This document shows positions 27,201 through 37,459 of a stretch of 64,000 nt of DNA, one piece after another. The position numbers and the translations under genes are program-made. The notes under the pieces are model-generated. The model saw only the letters and a program-made list of their open reading frames with translations, was not told where the DNA came from and searched no databases. How positions within the stretch are numbered: position 1 is the first letter of the stretch; each line of letters begins with the position of its first letter. The DNA comes from a virus: positions 1 through 64,000 of IMG/VR virus record IMGVR_UViG_3300025141_016046; one strand, written 5' to 3'.

Positions 27201-28780
27201 TAACATAGTGCTCTAAAGAAGCTATTTGATGATCTGGCGCCGCCAATTAAGACCGGAACAAGTGCTGCTATTGACTGTGCTTTTGAAGTAAAATCTTTAG
27301 CAAATGCCTCAAAATTAAAGTCAGTTATTTCCCCACTTGAGGCTTGATCTGATGTTTCTATAAACTCTTGTATCTGGTGAACAAAATCTCCTGCAAATGC
27401 TCCAAATCCATGAATTGCATCTCCAAAAGAGCTGTCAACAGAAAATCTTTCAAATGAAAATATTTTTGTACCATCTTCAATTTGAGGGTTTATCAAAGAA
27501 GCAATAGACTCACCAGCAGGAGCGCTGCTAAATAGAGATCCGCCTATGTCACCAATAAGCTGGTCAACAATTGTCTCTACAGAAGGATTGGTAAATATGC
27601 CAGTAGAATTATCAGATTTGGCTCCAAATTCATCTAGCACATCATGAACGTAGTCAGTCCTCTTTAAAAATGACATGGCTATGTCTCTTGATATAATCTG
27701 AGAAATAATTACCATTCTTTCAGTGAGGCTGAGACCGTAAAGGCTATTGTCAAATATGGCAAAGTCTGATCTTGACACAACTGACCCTCCATCAACTGTC
27801 TCCATAGACTGATTTAGTGAATTCAGGCCACTGATTACTCTCTGAAAGCTTCCGCTGCTTCCATCGTCAAAGACATCGTACGGTGCAAATCCGTTTTCAG
27901 ACGTATCTCTCTCTTCCACGCCTGGGTCAAAGAGCTTAGAGCCATATAAAATACACCTTCTTAGGTCTTGAACTATCTGTGCAACTAATTTTGTGCTAGA
28001 TGAGTTTCTAAACTCATCCTCAGAATATTCCATATCACCTGTAACAAGGTTGTGAAAGTTGTCAACATCAGTTATTCTTCTTGGGCTAAAATCTTGCATG
28101 TCTAAGAATGGAGCAGACCCGCCCCACGATCCAAAGTATGTACTTGTGACAGGAAGCCACTCTGATGGCATCATTGTCTCTCTAATGGAATTAAAGACAT
28201 CAAGAAGGGCATTTTGTGATGCTAGCATGCTAGAATCTGATAGTATCTGTCTAATGTTGAAGCTTAATAGTGACATTCCGGCAAGTGCATCCAGAAAATC
28301 CTGACGGGAGCCGATTGTTATATTTGTTGCTGCTGATGTTGCATTGTCAAACTCTCCATTTTCATTTTTTATAAGCTTAATAAGACAGTTTCTAGCAGCC
28401 TCTTTAGTCAAGCTATCGAGTAGAACATTATAATATATTGCATTATAGACACCCTCATTTACTGAATCATCATCTCCGTACAGTGGGACAAAGTCAATAG
28501 AGGTTATAAGTTCGGGTGCAGACACAGAGAGGCCAACAATAGACGCTGGATTTGTGAATGAGGTAAATACAGCATCAGTCGATCCATCTGTTGCAAAGTT
28601 TGTTGTAGTTCCAAAAGATACACTTCCTTGGGCACCGAGACCAGAAGATGACACTTGATCATCCGACATTGATTTCGCAGGCTTTATAATCGAGCTAATA
28701 ACTCCAAGTGCGACATTTTGAAGAGTTGTAGACGGTAGAGCAAATCCAGAATTTGCCAGTGAATTAAAGGTAATTGTCAT
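24245..28780 (-). CDS. Very large acidic hypothetical protein (1511 aa), probably virion-associated
   Basis: Long uninterrupted ORF within the tail/baseplate module; GGAG RBS; no motif recognised. Confidence 0.65.
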   Translation of the reverse strand: MTITFNSLANSGFALPSTTLQNVALGVISSIIKPAKSMSDDQVSSSGLGAQGSVSFGTTTNFATDGSTDAVFTSFTNPASIVGLSVSAPELITSIDFVPLYGDDDSVNEGVYNAIYYNVLLDSLTKEAARNCLIKLIKNENGEFDNATSAATNITIGSRQDFLDALAGMSLLSFNIRQILSDSSMLASQNALLDVFNSIRETMMPSEWLPVTSTYFGSWGGSAPFLDMQDFSPRRITDVDNFHNLVTGDMEYSEDEFRNSSSTKLVAQIVQDLRRCILYGSKLFDPGVEERDTSENGFAPYDVFDDGSSGSFQRVISGLNSLNQSMETVDGGSVVSRSDFAIFDNSLYGLSLTERMVIISQIISRDIAMSFLKRTDYVHDVLDEFGAKSDNSTGIFTNPSVETIVDQLIGDIGGSLFSSAPAGESIASLINPQIEDGTKIFSFERFSVDSSFGDAIHGFGAFAGDFVHQIQEFIETSDQASSGEITDFNFEAFAKDFTSKAQSIAALVPVLIGGARSSNSFFRALCYQLSDYLSDNGFVHDNDVLQSVLSTTGTSWSDVSDQTEQITRDPVDELEFIRLAIFIEAGSNSEIAHLLSQFLDARRLYKKQEDIIKSSISGTGVIEDEDVAEEVDSEIDAIQRSYDDFYNLALELTEKILDVSDAGDGVGILEIQDEAYWSSSGVKRYVAHRTVDNIQVTSEEEDFSTAMTSPKSIIKDRVGLMRSPVGLALLTIDTSTSRGSIFDLPDLTLLRFYSEFVGDDFEGIALTDKDDERIRLVLEEEFRGSDEPIDIITDFRGYTDTLRRRAYCYIIGDLLSSIEITNSGGFQTQVLAGDLSVIPIGQREESAIFQEVTGRSTDGSGPPTKGDLFSRGSPTFIQQASFDAEFYTVLRLDTARTTQLALACAKFSRGGLYSLNDSVNVNGYGTNISNALNSAFGEAYDITIEESIRDIHAGLIKEYTRCEAMSEALVAVGNVINSKYEDILSFTTNPSSHIHYLDYCDLSAKNAVANEGMSISYDDALSAMFSACMTSEAYSLVKNLREGSRTISSAGFFDEDLSEDGKTASSRDLLIPSCEVIPSKILSNRIIPGLGLLQPNPSTHEDGLESGEFSTSKGDPDDDRLEILTVGLPHGLIEKLREEAENYASYDGYEPEDYSSSPHISIKVYKKDLDRGDVVYKPRNYIFDTRLLSSTRTYGGLDPMSSAIDVSAETLAAACDEAWSTSAHDKSALDSGLGAGTGGYQPDGTFPGTSADDSSSESINEKSSTFTGLYPNLTWDFFIQRGDEYNTAPSVTDLGPDANDGPISINADEINRNHLQDYILKEYLKIIGGIDVNERAFPLFEKGCSYASSVDGGGLGTQQADFDFITGYTGNAENLSLSMGVQSSSDGYYNQVRSDILSMVAEGIDAGAFGDLDLATSSSENVASKLRQSFLFSPEKYLNQAFCPTLFERVFCILVDPDGFEIDYEETSEDTVAYLQDGAVYPMTGTTYLSEVFSFFVTVELLPYQSDLDNT

Positions 28781-28781
28781 G

Positions 28782-31754
28782 TTAGAACTCTCCGGTTATT
28801 GAAATGCTTCCTGCAACACTAGTGTTTCCCTGTGTGAGGTCTGATAGTATTGGTGTAATTGAATACTCGACATCGCCCAGGATGCCTTTTTGTGATGTAT
28901 CTGTGAATGTAAAGTTACCAGAATTAGACTGAGCATGGTGCACACCTACTGGTATCGTTACACCATTTCTATTTGCTGTAATTATAAAATGATCAATTGT
29001 ATCTATATTACCTGAAATAAACCATCCAATCTTTACATCTCCCGTGCTTATAGCACTTACAGAAGGCTTCGTGATGCTTATTGACGAGCTAGGTGTTGAA
29101 ACATTTATTGATTTAACGATGCCCGTTTCACCGAGTTCAAAAGAGTTAGAAGCATGATTTGAAACAAGGGCTCCTCCATATGAAAGTGTTCCTTGTCTTA
29201 TTGCTGTCGGAGATGTAAACTTTTCAGAAAAATTTGTATCAAACTTTGTAGAACTTGAAGAAGATGATTTTTCAACTGAAAGAGACGGCATAAAGGAAGC
29301 CTGTTTTAACTCTCTAAATGCCTGTGTTGACTTTAGCTCAGAAAGAATGCCAGTTGTAGTCCTCATAAGAGGTTCTAGCTTATAAATATACTCTGATGCA
29401 GACTTAGGAGAAGGAATTCCCATAGAGGTATCTCCAACATCTTTAAAGTTTCCAGATGTCTTTATCCCAAGATCATACTCAATTCCAGTATTCACATCAA
29501 ATCTCTTAACCCTAAAGACAGAAACACTGCTTAGCTGATCCTTAATATCTGAAATATCCTCACTAAACAAATCTGAAAGATCTAAGTCATCAAGTATGGA
29601 TTTTGTAATATCAGCATCTGACTCTGGAATATTCATTGATGCATTAATCGATATTTCATATCCATCTAATGTGCTACTTCTTCTCACGCTTGGTGGATCT
29701 GCATCAATAGAAACTGAATCTCTGACGATCATTCTTTTTTCAATCGTTGATGCCTCAGATATTCTCTCTACACCTGTATTAAAAACTGCCTTACACCTAT
29801 ACTCATAAACATTTTCTTCAACAACAGATGTATCAGTAATCTGAAAGGTTTTTCCCCTTGATGCAAGGCTGTTTGATCCTGCACTATTGATTGGTATGTA
29901 CTTTCTATCTCTATTTGTTAAATTCTTTCTTAAAAAGTATATTCCAACTGGGTCTCCTGATATTATTTTTGCTTCAACTAGAATGCCTTTATTTGAATTT
30001 TTTGAATTTATAGACATTTCTAAAATCTCATCTTCAACTGGCATATCAATATTTCTTCGACTAGGCTTAACTACAATATCTGAAAATGTTGTCATTTCTC
30101 CAGACGCTGATACCGCAACTGCTCTAATTATTGTGGGATTTCCTGATGCAATGGGATATGATTTAATTACAGGGGCATTTTTTTGTGTTAGGGAGAATCT
30201 ATCAATCTGGTTAAATCCCCCTGATTGAGAAATTTTAGATGGACTTATTGTCTTTTGTAATATGATAATTTTATTAGCATTTTTATCAACTTGCTTTACA
30301 ACCATGTGCATCATAGAGTCTTCTGATTCAGCGGCTGTTATAACAGGTGGAGCTATGACAGTATAGAACTCATTTATATTTTTTTTATGATCTATCACCT
30401 TTGTTTCAGTTTGTATTGTTCTTCCCTCTGAGTCGATTAAATCTATGATAACATTAAACTCACCGGGATTTGATATTTTAGAAGTTGGAACTTGAAAAGA
30501 ATACTCAAAATCTGTATCTTCGGTTGTAGTTTCAGATATAGAAGTAACCGATAACATGCTAGGAAGATCTGAAATTGACTCTTGCGATACTGGTGATATA
30601 TTTACAAACTTACTTCTAAGGGAGTTAGATATCTGATTTAGATCATCACTGTTTAATGATTTTACCTGACTATAAGATGTATTTAATGGGCTCATCCTCC
30701 TAGACGTTCCCTCATAATTGTCTCTAGCAGTGTTTATAAAGTCTGATATTGACATTGAAACAATCTGAGAAGCAGCTACACCATATTTTGATATTGCTGA
30801 CATTGCAGCAACCTGTGGATCTTTTTCAATTGACGAGACCCCTGTCTGTCCAATTGATGCCCTTTCAAGAACACCAGATAGTTCATCTTGAGATGTTGAC
30901 TGGCTAATATTTGAAGGCGTAACAGAAGATTCAACAACTTCTCCAGTTAGTGGATCTACATTATACTCAACTGCATTTTGACCAATATTTGTACTATTGC
31001 TCGTACTTTCTCTTTGAACAAGAACAGTATCTAAAACAGGTATAGTGGATTCAGACTTTCCATTATTTGATCTTGATATTCTTCTTTTTTGTAATGTAAA
31101 TTTCACACCACCATCAAAAAATATTTCACTAGTAGTAGCACTTAAAGAGATAGAGTCTCCTGTACCTGATGTGATTGAGTTTAGCATCTTTGATCTAGCT
31201 AGCTCTTTTTTTGAAAGATCGCTTATAAAGGAGTCGATTGATCTAGTCTCACTTGCAATTTCTTGAAGAGATTCTTGTTCACTATTTTCACTAATGGATT
31301 CTTTTAATTGAATATGACTTTTTAATAGAGCTTTAGATATAGAATTATTTTTTGAAAAATTAACCTTTTTATTGTCACTGGTCGTTGTACCTCCAGAAAA
31401 ATAGCTTAAGCTGCTTGATTTTGACTCACTACTTTGAGATGATCTCTCCTCTAGTGACGAGAACCCTCTTGTGTTTAAAGATAGGATTGGACTATTATCT
31501 CCAGAAGCAATTTTTTCAAAATCATTAGTAGGGCGTGTTAGTGTTTCTGGCTGAATTGATACTTTCACGCTTACAGCATCATTGTTTAGTAGCTCATTTG
31601 TTATTGCTGTGAATGATATCTTATAGTTAAACACTATATCACCAGTTGAAGTTTTTTCTGAAGATTCAATTGTAGAAGATACACTTCCGCCGTTTATTGC
31701 AGAAATTGTGGGTAATTGAACTTTCATACCATTATTCCTCTGACTGTCTGTCAA
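28782..31754 (-). CDS. Ser-rich structural protein with Ig/Fn3-like C-terminal repeats (start may be the MKVQLP ATG)
   Basis: YEYRCKAV, YIYKLEP, VKIGW...FIIT...VEYSITPI beta-sandwich-like patterns. Confidence 0.6.
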   Translation of the reverse strand: MTDSQRNNGMKVQLPTISAINGGSVSSTIESSEKTSTGDIVFNYKISFTAITNELLNNDAVSVKVSIQPETLTRPTNDFEKIASGDNSPILSLNTRGFSSLEERSSQSSESKSSSLSYFSGGTTTSDNKKVNFSKNNSISKALLKSHIQLKESISENSEQESLQEIASETRSIDSFISDLSKKELARSKMLNSITSGTGDSISLSATTSEIFFDGGVKFTLQKRRISRSNNGKSESTIPVLDTVLVQRESTSNSTNIGQNAVEYNVDPLTGEVVESSVTPSNISQSTSQDELSGVLERASIGQTGVSSIEKDPQVAAMSAISKYGVAASQIVSMSISDFINTARDNYEGTSRRMSPLNTSYSQVKSLNSDDLNQISNSLRSKFVNISPVSQESISDLPSMLSVTSISETTTEDTDFEYSFQVPTSKISNPGEFNVIIDLIDSEGRTIQTETKVIDHKKNINEFYTVIAPPVITAAESEDSMMHMVVKQVDKNANKIIILQKTISPSKISQSGGFNQIDRFSLTQKNAPVIKSYPIASGNPTIIRAVAVSASGEMTTFSDIVVKPSRRNIDMPVEDEILEMSINSKNSNKGILVEAKIISGDPVGIYFLRKNLTNRDRKYIPINSAGSNSLASRGKTFQITDTSVVEENVYEYRCKAVFNTGVERISEASTIEKRMIVRDSVSIDADPPSVRRSSTLDGYEISINASMNIPESDADITKSILDDLDLSDLFSEDISDIKDQLSSVSVFRVKRFDVNTGIEYDLGIKTSGNFKDVGDTSMGIPSPKSASEYIYKLEPLMRTTTGILSELKSTQAFRELKQASFMPSLSVEKSSSSSSTKFDTNFSEKFTSPTAIRQGTLSYGGALVSNHASNSFELGETGIVKSINVSTPSSSISITKPSVSAISTGDVKIGWFISGNIDTIDHFIITANRNGVTIPVGVHHAQSNSGNFTFTDTSQKGILGDVEYSITPILSDLTQGNTSVAGSISITGEF

Positions 31755-32709
31755 ATATCATTGTGAACATGTTGATAAATGTTGGCTGTCCGACACTATC
31801 AATAAAAACCTTTCCAACAAAGAACACATGCTTTGGTGAACCATCATCAAGAAGAAAAATACCATAGTCTATCACATCAAGCTTTTTTAATCTTGTGTCA
31901 ACAATCCCGCCTGTCTCAAAAAATTGACACATCATATTTGATGAAAAGCTTGTATTTGTAAACTTAACAGTCTTATACTGGGGTATATATTCTTCACTTG
32001 GATACCCTGGCCATACTTTTTGAAATAAGTCATACCAGTCACTAGGCCTACTTTGATTGAGATCTGTGTATTCTCCAAAGTCTTTTTCAGATCCTGTGTC
32101 AGATTTATCTGCTGCAACAACAGGAGGTAAAAATTTAAAATTTTCAATGTGGCCAAGCCTATAATCCATAAATAGAGGCTCAACTGTATCAAGGCTTATT
32201 GTAGCACCATCAGGATCTGCAAACGGAGACTCATTGCTAATAGAAAAATCTATAAAGTCAATATCTGTATTGAACTCATTGTCACCAAGAAATGTCTTAG
32301 ATGCAATTGTCTGAAGGTTTTTAAAATTATCAATAGACGAGGAAAGAACTCCATCTACTAGACTTGAAAATACTGACCCGCTAGAGACAGAATCAAGCCT
32401 TCTATTGCCAGAGCCTTGAAAGAGCGTTCCATCAGAGCTAACTTCAATGTCACCGCCATTAAATGCAACTAAATTACCAGAATCATCAGTTTCAAATGTA
32501 ATCTGATCTCTAGGAAGGCTTACTGCCTCAAAAAATATTCTATCTGATGCGTCTGCAGATCCACTAGCAATATCTCCCTGATAGAAGGTATGACCATCGG
32601 TAAATGTTGCAAATTCAATTCTAAGCTTTCCAGATGTAATCTGACGCTTTCCCTCTTCTGTAAGGGTAACATCCATAATTCTAAGCTTGTTATCTAAAAT
32701 TCCAGCCAC
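31732..32709 (-). CDS. Virion structural protein, paralog of the 21408-22115 protein
   Basis: N-terminal GILDNKLRIMDVTLTEEGKRQI...IEFATFTDG aligns with GFLDHSTNNIILDAVLTDKGRELL...IVKFALSDD; GTG start with GAGG RBS. Confidence 0.65.
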   Translation of the reverse strand: MAGILDNKLRIMDVTLTEEGKRQITSGKLRIEFATFTDGHTFYQGDIASGSADASDRIFFEAVSLPRDQITFETDDSGNLVAFNGGDIEVSSDGTLFQGSGNRRLDSVSSGSVFSSLVDGVLSSSIDNFKNLQTIASKTFLGDNEFNTDIDFIDFSISNESPFADPDGATISLDTVEPLFMDYRLGHIENFKFLPPVVAADKSDTGSEKDFGEYTDLNQSRPSDWYDLFQKVWPGYPSEEYIPQYKTVKFTNTSFSSNMMCQFFETGGIVDTRLKKLDVIDYGIFLLDDGSPKHVFFVGKVFIDSVGQPTFINMFTMIFDRQSEE

Positions 32710-32728
32710 AGCTGCACCTCTTCACTAA

Positions 32729-33340
32729 TTATGTGTTTGTGTCATATTCCCACACACAAGTCATCCTAACTTTTCCAGAAGTACTAGCATATGGATCAAT
32801 TGATACAGCAACAGTATCTCCTGAGCTAAATGTCGAACTAGAAAAAGATACAGTTTTTGCTGTATTTGCAGCCGTTAGAGCCTTTGTCTTTGACTCTGTA
32901 GCTGATGCACTTACACTTTCAGTTCCGTCTGTACCTTTATGAAAGGCGATAGTTGTTGCGTGTCCAGGCAAAGAACCCCACGCAACATTTACCTTTATGA
33001 TCACCTTTTTAAGCTGACCGTCATGAGGCGCTTGAAATCCCACCTGTTGATCAGTTACAGTAGTAGTTTCTGTGGTTGTATTTATTGGAACATAGCTAAC
33101 ACTTGTAGATGCTATTGTAAAGTTATGATGTGTATAGTGATGTATCTTTCCGTTAATATTGTCAGTTACCTTGAGACTTCCTGAAACTATGTTGACATGA
33201 TTGAACTCTTCATCATCTAATCCAATCTGGATACGATTTGGAAATATTGTTACATCTACATTGCCTTCATCAGATCCCGATCTTACAGTAATAGATTCTG
33301 CTTTTCTAAGATCATCTGCTGTCAGGTCTGTTGTTGCCAT
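32729..33340 (-). CDS. Thr/Ser-rich beta-sandwich virion protein (possible fibre tip/appendage)
   Basis: APHDGQLKKVII...FSSGDTVAVSIDP...MTCVWEYD beta-sandwich-like C-terminal domain. Confidence 0.55.
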   Translation of the reverse strand: MATTDLTADDLRKAESITVRSGSDEGNVDVTIFPNRIQIGLDDEEFNHVNIVSGSLKVTDNINGKIHHYTHHNFTIASTSVSYVPINTTTETTTVTDQQVGFQAPHDGQLKKVIIKVNVAWGSLPGHATTIAFHKGTDGTESVSASATESKTKALTAANTAKTVSFSSSTFSSGDTVAVSIDPYASTSGKVRMTCVWEYDTNT

Positions 33341-33349
33341 GTCTTATTT

Positions 33350-36300
33350 CTACTTTTTACCAGGGCTAAGAGAAGGAGTCTGCGTTGCTACCCTGACTGA
33401 GGTTGAAAGGTCTGTGCCCTTTACAATTGCAACAGTCTTAAGTGTCGCTGGGTTTGTAATATTGACTATATCACCATCAAAATATGGAATAGATGAGGTT
33501 GAAGCAAAGCTCATATTAGAGCATGTTGTTAGATAGGGATCAACTTCATCATTTGAGCTGGGAGATGTAAATCTACAAAAAACAACTGGGTCACTAATGC
33601 TGGTTTTTGTTCTTCCACCGATGGCAAGAACCTCATGATCAGACAGGAATGGTTCAAAAAATCTTCCATCTTTTCTTTGCTCGAGCATATCTCTAAATTG
33701 TCCGAATCTATCTCTTCTAAACACAGCTGTTGGACACTCTGGAGTTATATTTTGAATTCCGTATCTATACCCTGTTGATCCAGATCCCTGAGGTGCTGCA
33801 TGTGAAAATGAATCTACAGTATACTCAAATGTCTCAGCTTTGTGCCAGGGAGTATAGTATGTAGTAGATGTTCCCCCTTTAAATCCTACTTGAAAAAGAA
33901 CCTGCTTAATTTGAAGCTGTGAACTTTGTCCATAGAGATAGCTTGAACCGATAGTAGATCCAGGTATTTGACCGTATACTTGCATATTTGTTTCATCTGT
34001 TAGCTTTCTTGTTGGATTTCCAACATAAGGAAATGGCATTCTGCTATTTCCAGCTTCTACGTAAAAGTCTGGCGGATTAAAAAGAATTGTTGACATAGAT
34101 CCAGTTGATTGAATCTTTTCAAAACCCTCAGCTCTTTTTGCATATTCCTGAATGTCTGGCATAAGAGTGTCATAGTATCTATTGCTGTAGTCTATGCTTG
34201 TAACTGATCGCTGAAATGATCCTGCTCTGTTTGGAGCTGTCCCTCTAGTGAAACTTCCTGCAACACCTCTGACTGATGAGTTGAGATTGCTACTAAACTC
34301 ACTAGTTACATCATTGTGAGGATATTCACTCGACACCATGGCACCTGTAACATAATTGTCAACATAGGTTCCAGCATTAGCTGCCTCAGATGAAATATCC
34401 CACTGATCAACAATCGGCTCAAATATTGCCTCATGAATAGCGTCAGATGAAAGAGGCTGATTGAGTGAGTGATGATGTTCCACCTCATCCTTTACCAGAG
34501 AGCCGTAAAATATAACTATCTGTCTTTCTTTCGATTGGAACAGTTCCAGGTAAGAACCTGTTAGTGAATTCTGACCTCCGAAACCACCTCCACTATTTCC
34601 AGAACCTGTTAGCTCAGAAACATTTCCTGGTGCTATCGCTGCTTCCATCCCAAAGACTATCTCATCTTCAGGAAAGAGAAGATAGGGTGAAACTGCAGAC
34701 TGATTTCTATTTGGGGTATTTGCCAGTCCAGCTTCTGCAGCTGAATTAGATCCAAACACTGTCCTAGAAGATTCTAGCGGCCCCATGGGCTTAGTTGTTC
34801 TAGGGTCAACAGCTGCTATGGAAAGATTTCTTGCAGCAAATGTTTCATTTAAAAATCCTGTGGAAGAACCTCCTGCAACATGCTCCTCATAGTATTGTCT
34901 GAATGTAAATCCAGCATTTCCGCCGTAAGATGCGTCAATTCCTACCTTTCCTGTATACTGTGAGGGGTATACCTTATCATAGTCAAATGCTCCGCTTATA
35001 CTCCCTGGAACCTTTCTTAATCCATCATGCATAAACGGGTTTATGGATGTCCCACCCGGCCAGTAGTGATAGACTGCCTTGGGAGTAGTTGTTGTCTTAT
35101 CAGCCTGGATTGTATCTCCCGGCAAGACAGACCTTCCCTTAAATCCCTTTCCTGCAACTGCCGGCTGGAGTTCTAGCTTTAAAGACCCTGTGTATTGAAG
35201 AACTAGCTGTCCTGCATACGGAGCTTGTTCTATTCCAAAATCATGTGAAAAAGCTGGAGAATTAATTGGTGCGTAAGTATAATGACCGTCAGTGCTTCTA
35301 TCTTGGGCGGCACCCGCCATGGTAAAGCAGTGACTGTTGTAAAATGACATAACACCGCTGCAAACTAAGAACCTTTGACTTCCTGAGACATCTGCTGCTG
35401 AGTCTACTCTAAACGCCTTAGATGGTGTAGGTGTGCTTGCACCTCCTCCCTTAAAGCTTCCACTTATATTTGCTCTCTCCTGCCTGTAGATAAAGAACAC
35501 ATAGTCATCTTGATGTCGATTAGCTGCTCCCTCTCTAGGTCTAGGGTGAACTCTCTGTGCCCTTCCCTCCATCTTAACGACAACCTTCTCCAGCAAAAAT
35601 GGATGAGAAATGTAGTCAGACATTCTAATTGTATTGCTGCTTGTAGCATGGTATATCGTCTTAAAGGGTGCAAATGATGTAATTGTAGGTGATCCGATAA
35701 GATGATACATTGACGACCTAAGCAAGGGAGCTAGACCTTGGTCGTGTGAGCTAGTAGCACTAAGAACGCTGTCTGTAATTACCTGGTGGTTACAAGGTAC
35801 AAACTGTTGTGGGTACGTATTTGTACCTGATGTGCATGAGTTTATATCAGTGTTTCCGCCCTTGATGGCATAATCATACCTTATAGGCTGACCCGTAAGA
35901 GGGTCAGTAAGTCCAATCTGATCCCACTTTCTATCGACATTATTCCAATATGCAAAGCCTGTCTTAGAGGGTTTTGTACTTGAAAGAGTTGGCTCTAAAA
36001 GAACATTTCTCTTTCTGTTTGCTCTCGTAAGAGTTAGAGGTGCTGACTCATCTCCTGTCGGAGTTATATCAAAGAATATGGAGGTCTTGCTCTTTAAGGG
36101 CGAGGTAAATCCATCCATAATCTCTCTCTTGGTTCCTGTTAAATAGAAGTCAGTGTCCTGGAGAGGTATAAGACTATCATCATATGGACCAAGAGATTCA
36201 CCAGGTGTAAACTGAACACGTTTGTCAGATACTCCCTTTCTTAGCTCTCTTGTGACAGTGCCTAGTGAGCTTGTCGGATATATAAAGTTTGTCGAGTCAA

Positions 36301-37459
36301 CGTCTAATACTTGAGGATAGACAGCAGCTGTATTTGTAAATAGAACTGTTTTACTATCATCAAATAGGACGTTGTATTTTCCCGTTCTAGTTCTATCACC
36401 AGTTCTATTGATGGTGGGATATGACCCAGTTGCAGAATCAAGTCTTCTCAGCTCAAGCCTGTAGGGTTCACTTAAGTATCCAGACTTATTAGAGTAAAAT
36501 CCCTTTCTTGCAGCGTACAGGGCAGATGCAGCATTTTCATTAACAAGCCTGCTTCCCTTTGGAATATCCTTCCAAAAGGCAATCTCAGACATGGATCCTT
36601 TAAAAAATTCTGAATTTGATGTAAAAACACCAGCTCCGTTTACCTGTCTTTGAGCGCCTATTGTCAAAGGAGGTAGCGGACTTGGCAGCGTCAGGCCACC
36701 CCAGCTATTTTTCGTAGTTGTAGATGACTGTCTAGTTCCGTTGACAAAAATTGCTATCACAGGATCTGATGCAGCTTTTGTCTGGTCTACATAGAGAAGT
36801 ATGTGTGCCCAGGATCCATCATGCGGCCACGAAGTGTCCATCTTCTCTTCTATAAAGTCGGCTGTTTGTGCTGCAGATCCCTCATACATTCTAAAAGTTA
36901 ATTTATCGTCATCGTCTTCAAAGTAAAGTCTGTAGACCATCTTTGTCTGTGATGCATTATTCCCATTATTTCGAGCTAGTGAGACAATGGTGTCGTCATT
37001 TGAAGAACCACCTGTTCTGTTTACCCATGCCTGGATGCAGAAACCAAGTGTTGTTGATGCTGAGGGTGTGTATTCAGAGTCTCCGACACCCGAACCGTTG
37101 TCTACAAGATATACAGTATTGGTATCATTAAAAGTTGCTGAAAGAGGTCTTTGCCTGTCTGGGCCGTCTTTGACATCAAATGGATTGTCAGCCTCTAAGC
37201 CAACATCTGAGACACCTGATAGTGTTCCGTTGTGGCTATCGTTGTACTGGTTGACTGCTGTCGGTGTTCCCCCGGGCTTTCTAAAATCCCACCAGCCAGC
37301 AAGATATCCTCCTAGCTCATACTCAAGATTCGTCTTTCCCTGTCTTCCCCTTCCAGCTCTTCCCACACCTAATGTAGAAAAATTTAATCTTAAGTCTGGA
37401 TATTCTCTAACTCTATCAACAGGCCTATTAAAATCGCCTAACTGCTTATTGTCACTCAT
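33350..37459 (-). CDS. Large tail/baseplate appendage protein with N-terminal LamG/concanavalin-like domain
   Basis: LAGWWDF, FCIQAWVN, WAHILL, IFVNG, LTIGA, FFKGSMSEIAFW Laminin_G_3-type pattern. Confidence 0.75.
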   Translation of the reverse strand: MSDNKQLGDFNRPVDRVREYPDLRLNFSTLGVGRAGRGRQGKTNLEYELGGYLAGWWDFRKPGGTPTAVNQYNDSHNGTLSGVSDVGLEADNPFDVKDGPDRQRPLSATFNDTNTVYLVDNGSGVGDSEYTPSASTTLGFCIQAWVNRTGGSSNDDTIVSLARNNGNNASQTKMVYRLYFEDDDDKLTFRMYEGSAAQTADFIEEKMDTSWPHDGSWAHILLYVDQTKAASDPVIAIFVNGTRQSSTTTKNSWGGLTLPSPLPPLTIGAQRQVNGAGVFTSNSEFFKGSMSEIAFWKDIPKGSRLVNENAASALYAARKGFYSNKSGYLSEPYRLELRRLDSATGSYPTINRTGDRTRTGKYNVLFDDSKTVLFTNTAAVYPQVLDVDSTNFIYPTSSLGTVTRELRKGVSDKRVQFTPGESLGPYDDSLIPLQDTDFYLTGTKREIMDGFTSPLKSKTSIFFDITPTGDESAPLTLTRANRKRNVLLEPTLSSTKPSKTGFAYWNNVDRKWDQIGLTDPLTGQPIRYDYAIKGGNTDINSCTSGTNTYPQQFVPCNHQVITDSVLSATSSHDQGLAPLLRSSMYHLIGSPTITSFAPFKTIYHATSSNTIRMSDYISHPFLLEKVVVKMEGRAQRVHPRPREGAANRHQDDYVFFIYRQERANISGSFKGGGASTPTPSKAFRVDSAADVSGSQRFLVCSGVMSFYNSHCFTMAGAAQDRSTDGHYTYAPINSPAFSHDFGIEQAPYAGQLVLQYTGSLKLELQPAVAGKGFKGRSVLPGDTIQADKTTTTPKAVYHYWPGGTSINPFMHDGLRKVPGSISGAFDYDKVYPSQYTGKVGIDASYGGNAGFTFRQYYEEHVAGGSSTGFLNETFAARNLSIAAVDPRTTKPMGPLESSRTVFGSNSAAEAGLANTPNRNQSAVSPYLLFPEDEIVFGMEAAIAPGNVSELTGSGNSGGGFGGQNSLTGSYLELFQSKERQIVIFYGSLVKDEVEHHHSLNQPLSSDAIHEAIFEPIVDQWDISSEAANAGTYVDNYVTGAMVSSEYPHNDVTSEFSSNLNSSVRGVAGSFTRGTAPNRAGSFQRSVTSIDYSNRYYDTLMPDIQEYAKRAEGFEKIQSTGSMSTILFNPPDFYVEAGNSRMPFPYVGNPTRKLTDETNMQVYGQIPGSTIGSSYLYGQSSQLQIKQVLFQVGFKGGTSTTYYTPWHKAETFEYTVDSFSHAAPQGSGSTGYRYGIQNITPECPTAVFRRDRFGQFRDMLEQRKDGRFFEPFLSDHEVLAIGGRTKTSISDPVVFCRFTSPSSNDEVDPYLTTCSNMSFASTSSIPYFDGDIVNITNPATLKTVAIVKGTDLSTSVRVATQTPSLSPGKK

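Noticed and set aside
24245-28780. Tape-measure protein call for the 1511-aa ORF
   Set aside because: It is strongly acidic, lacks the Ala/Gly-rich helical periodicity typical of tape measures, and no tail tube or chaperone genes are adjacent.
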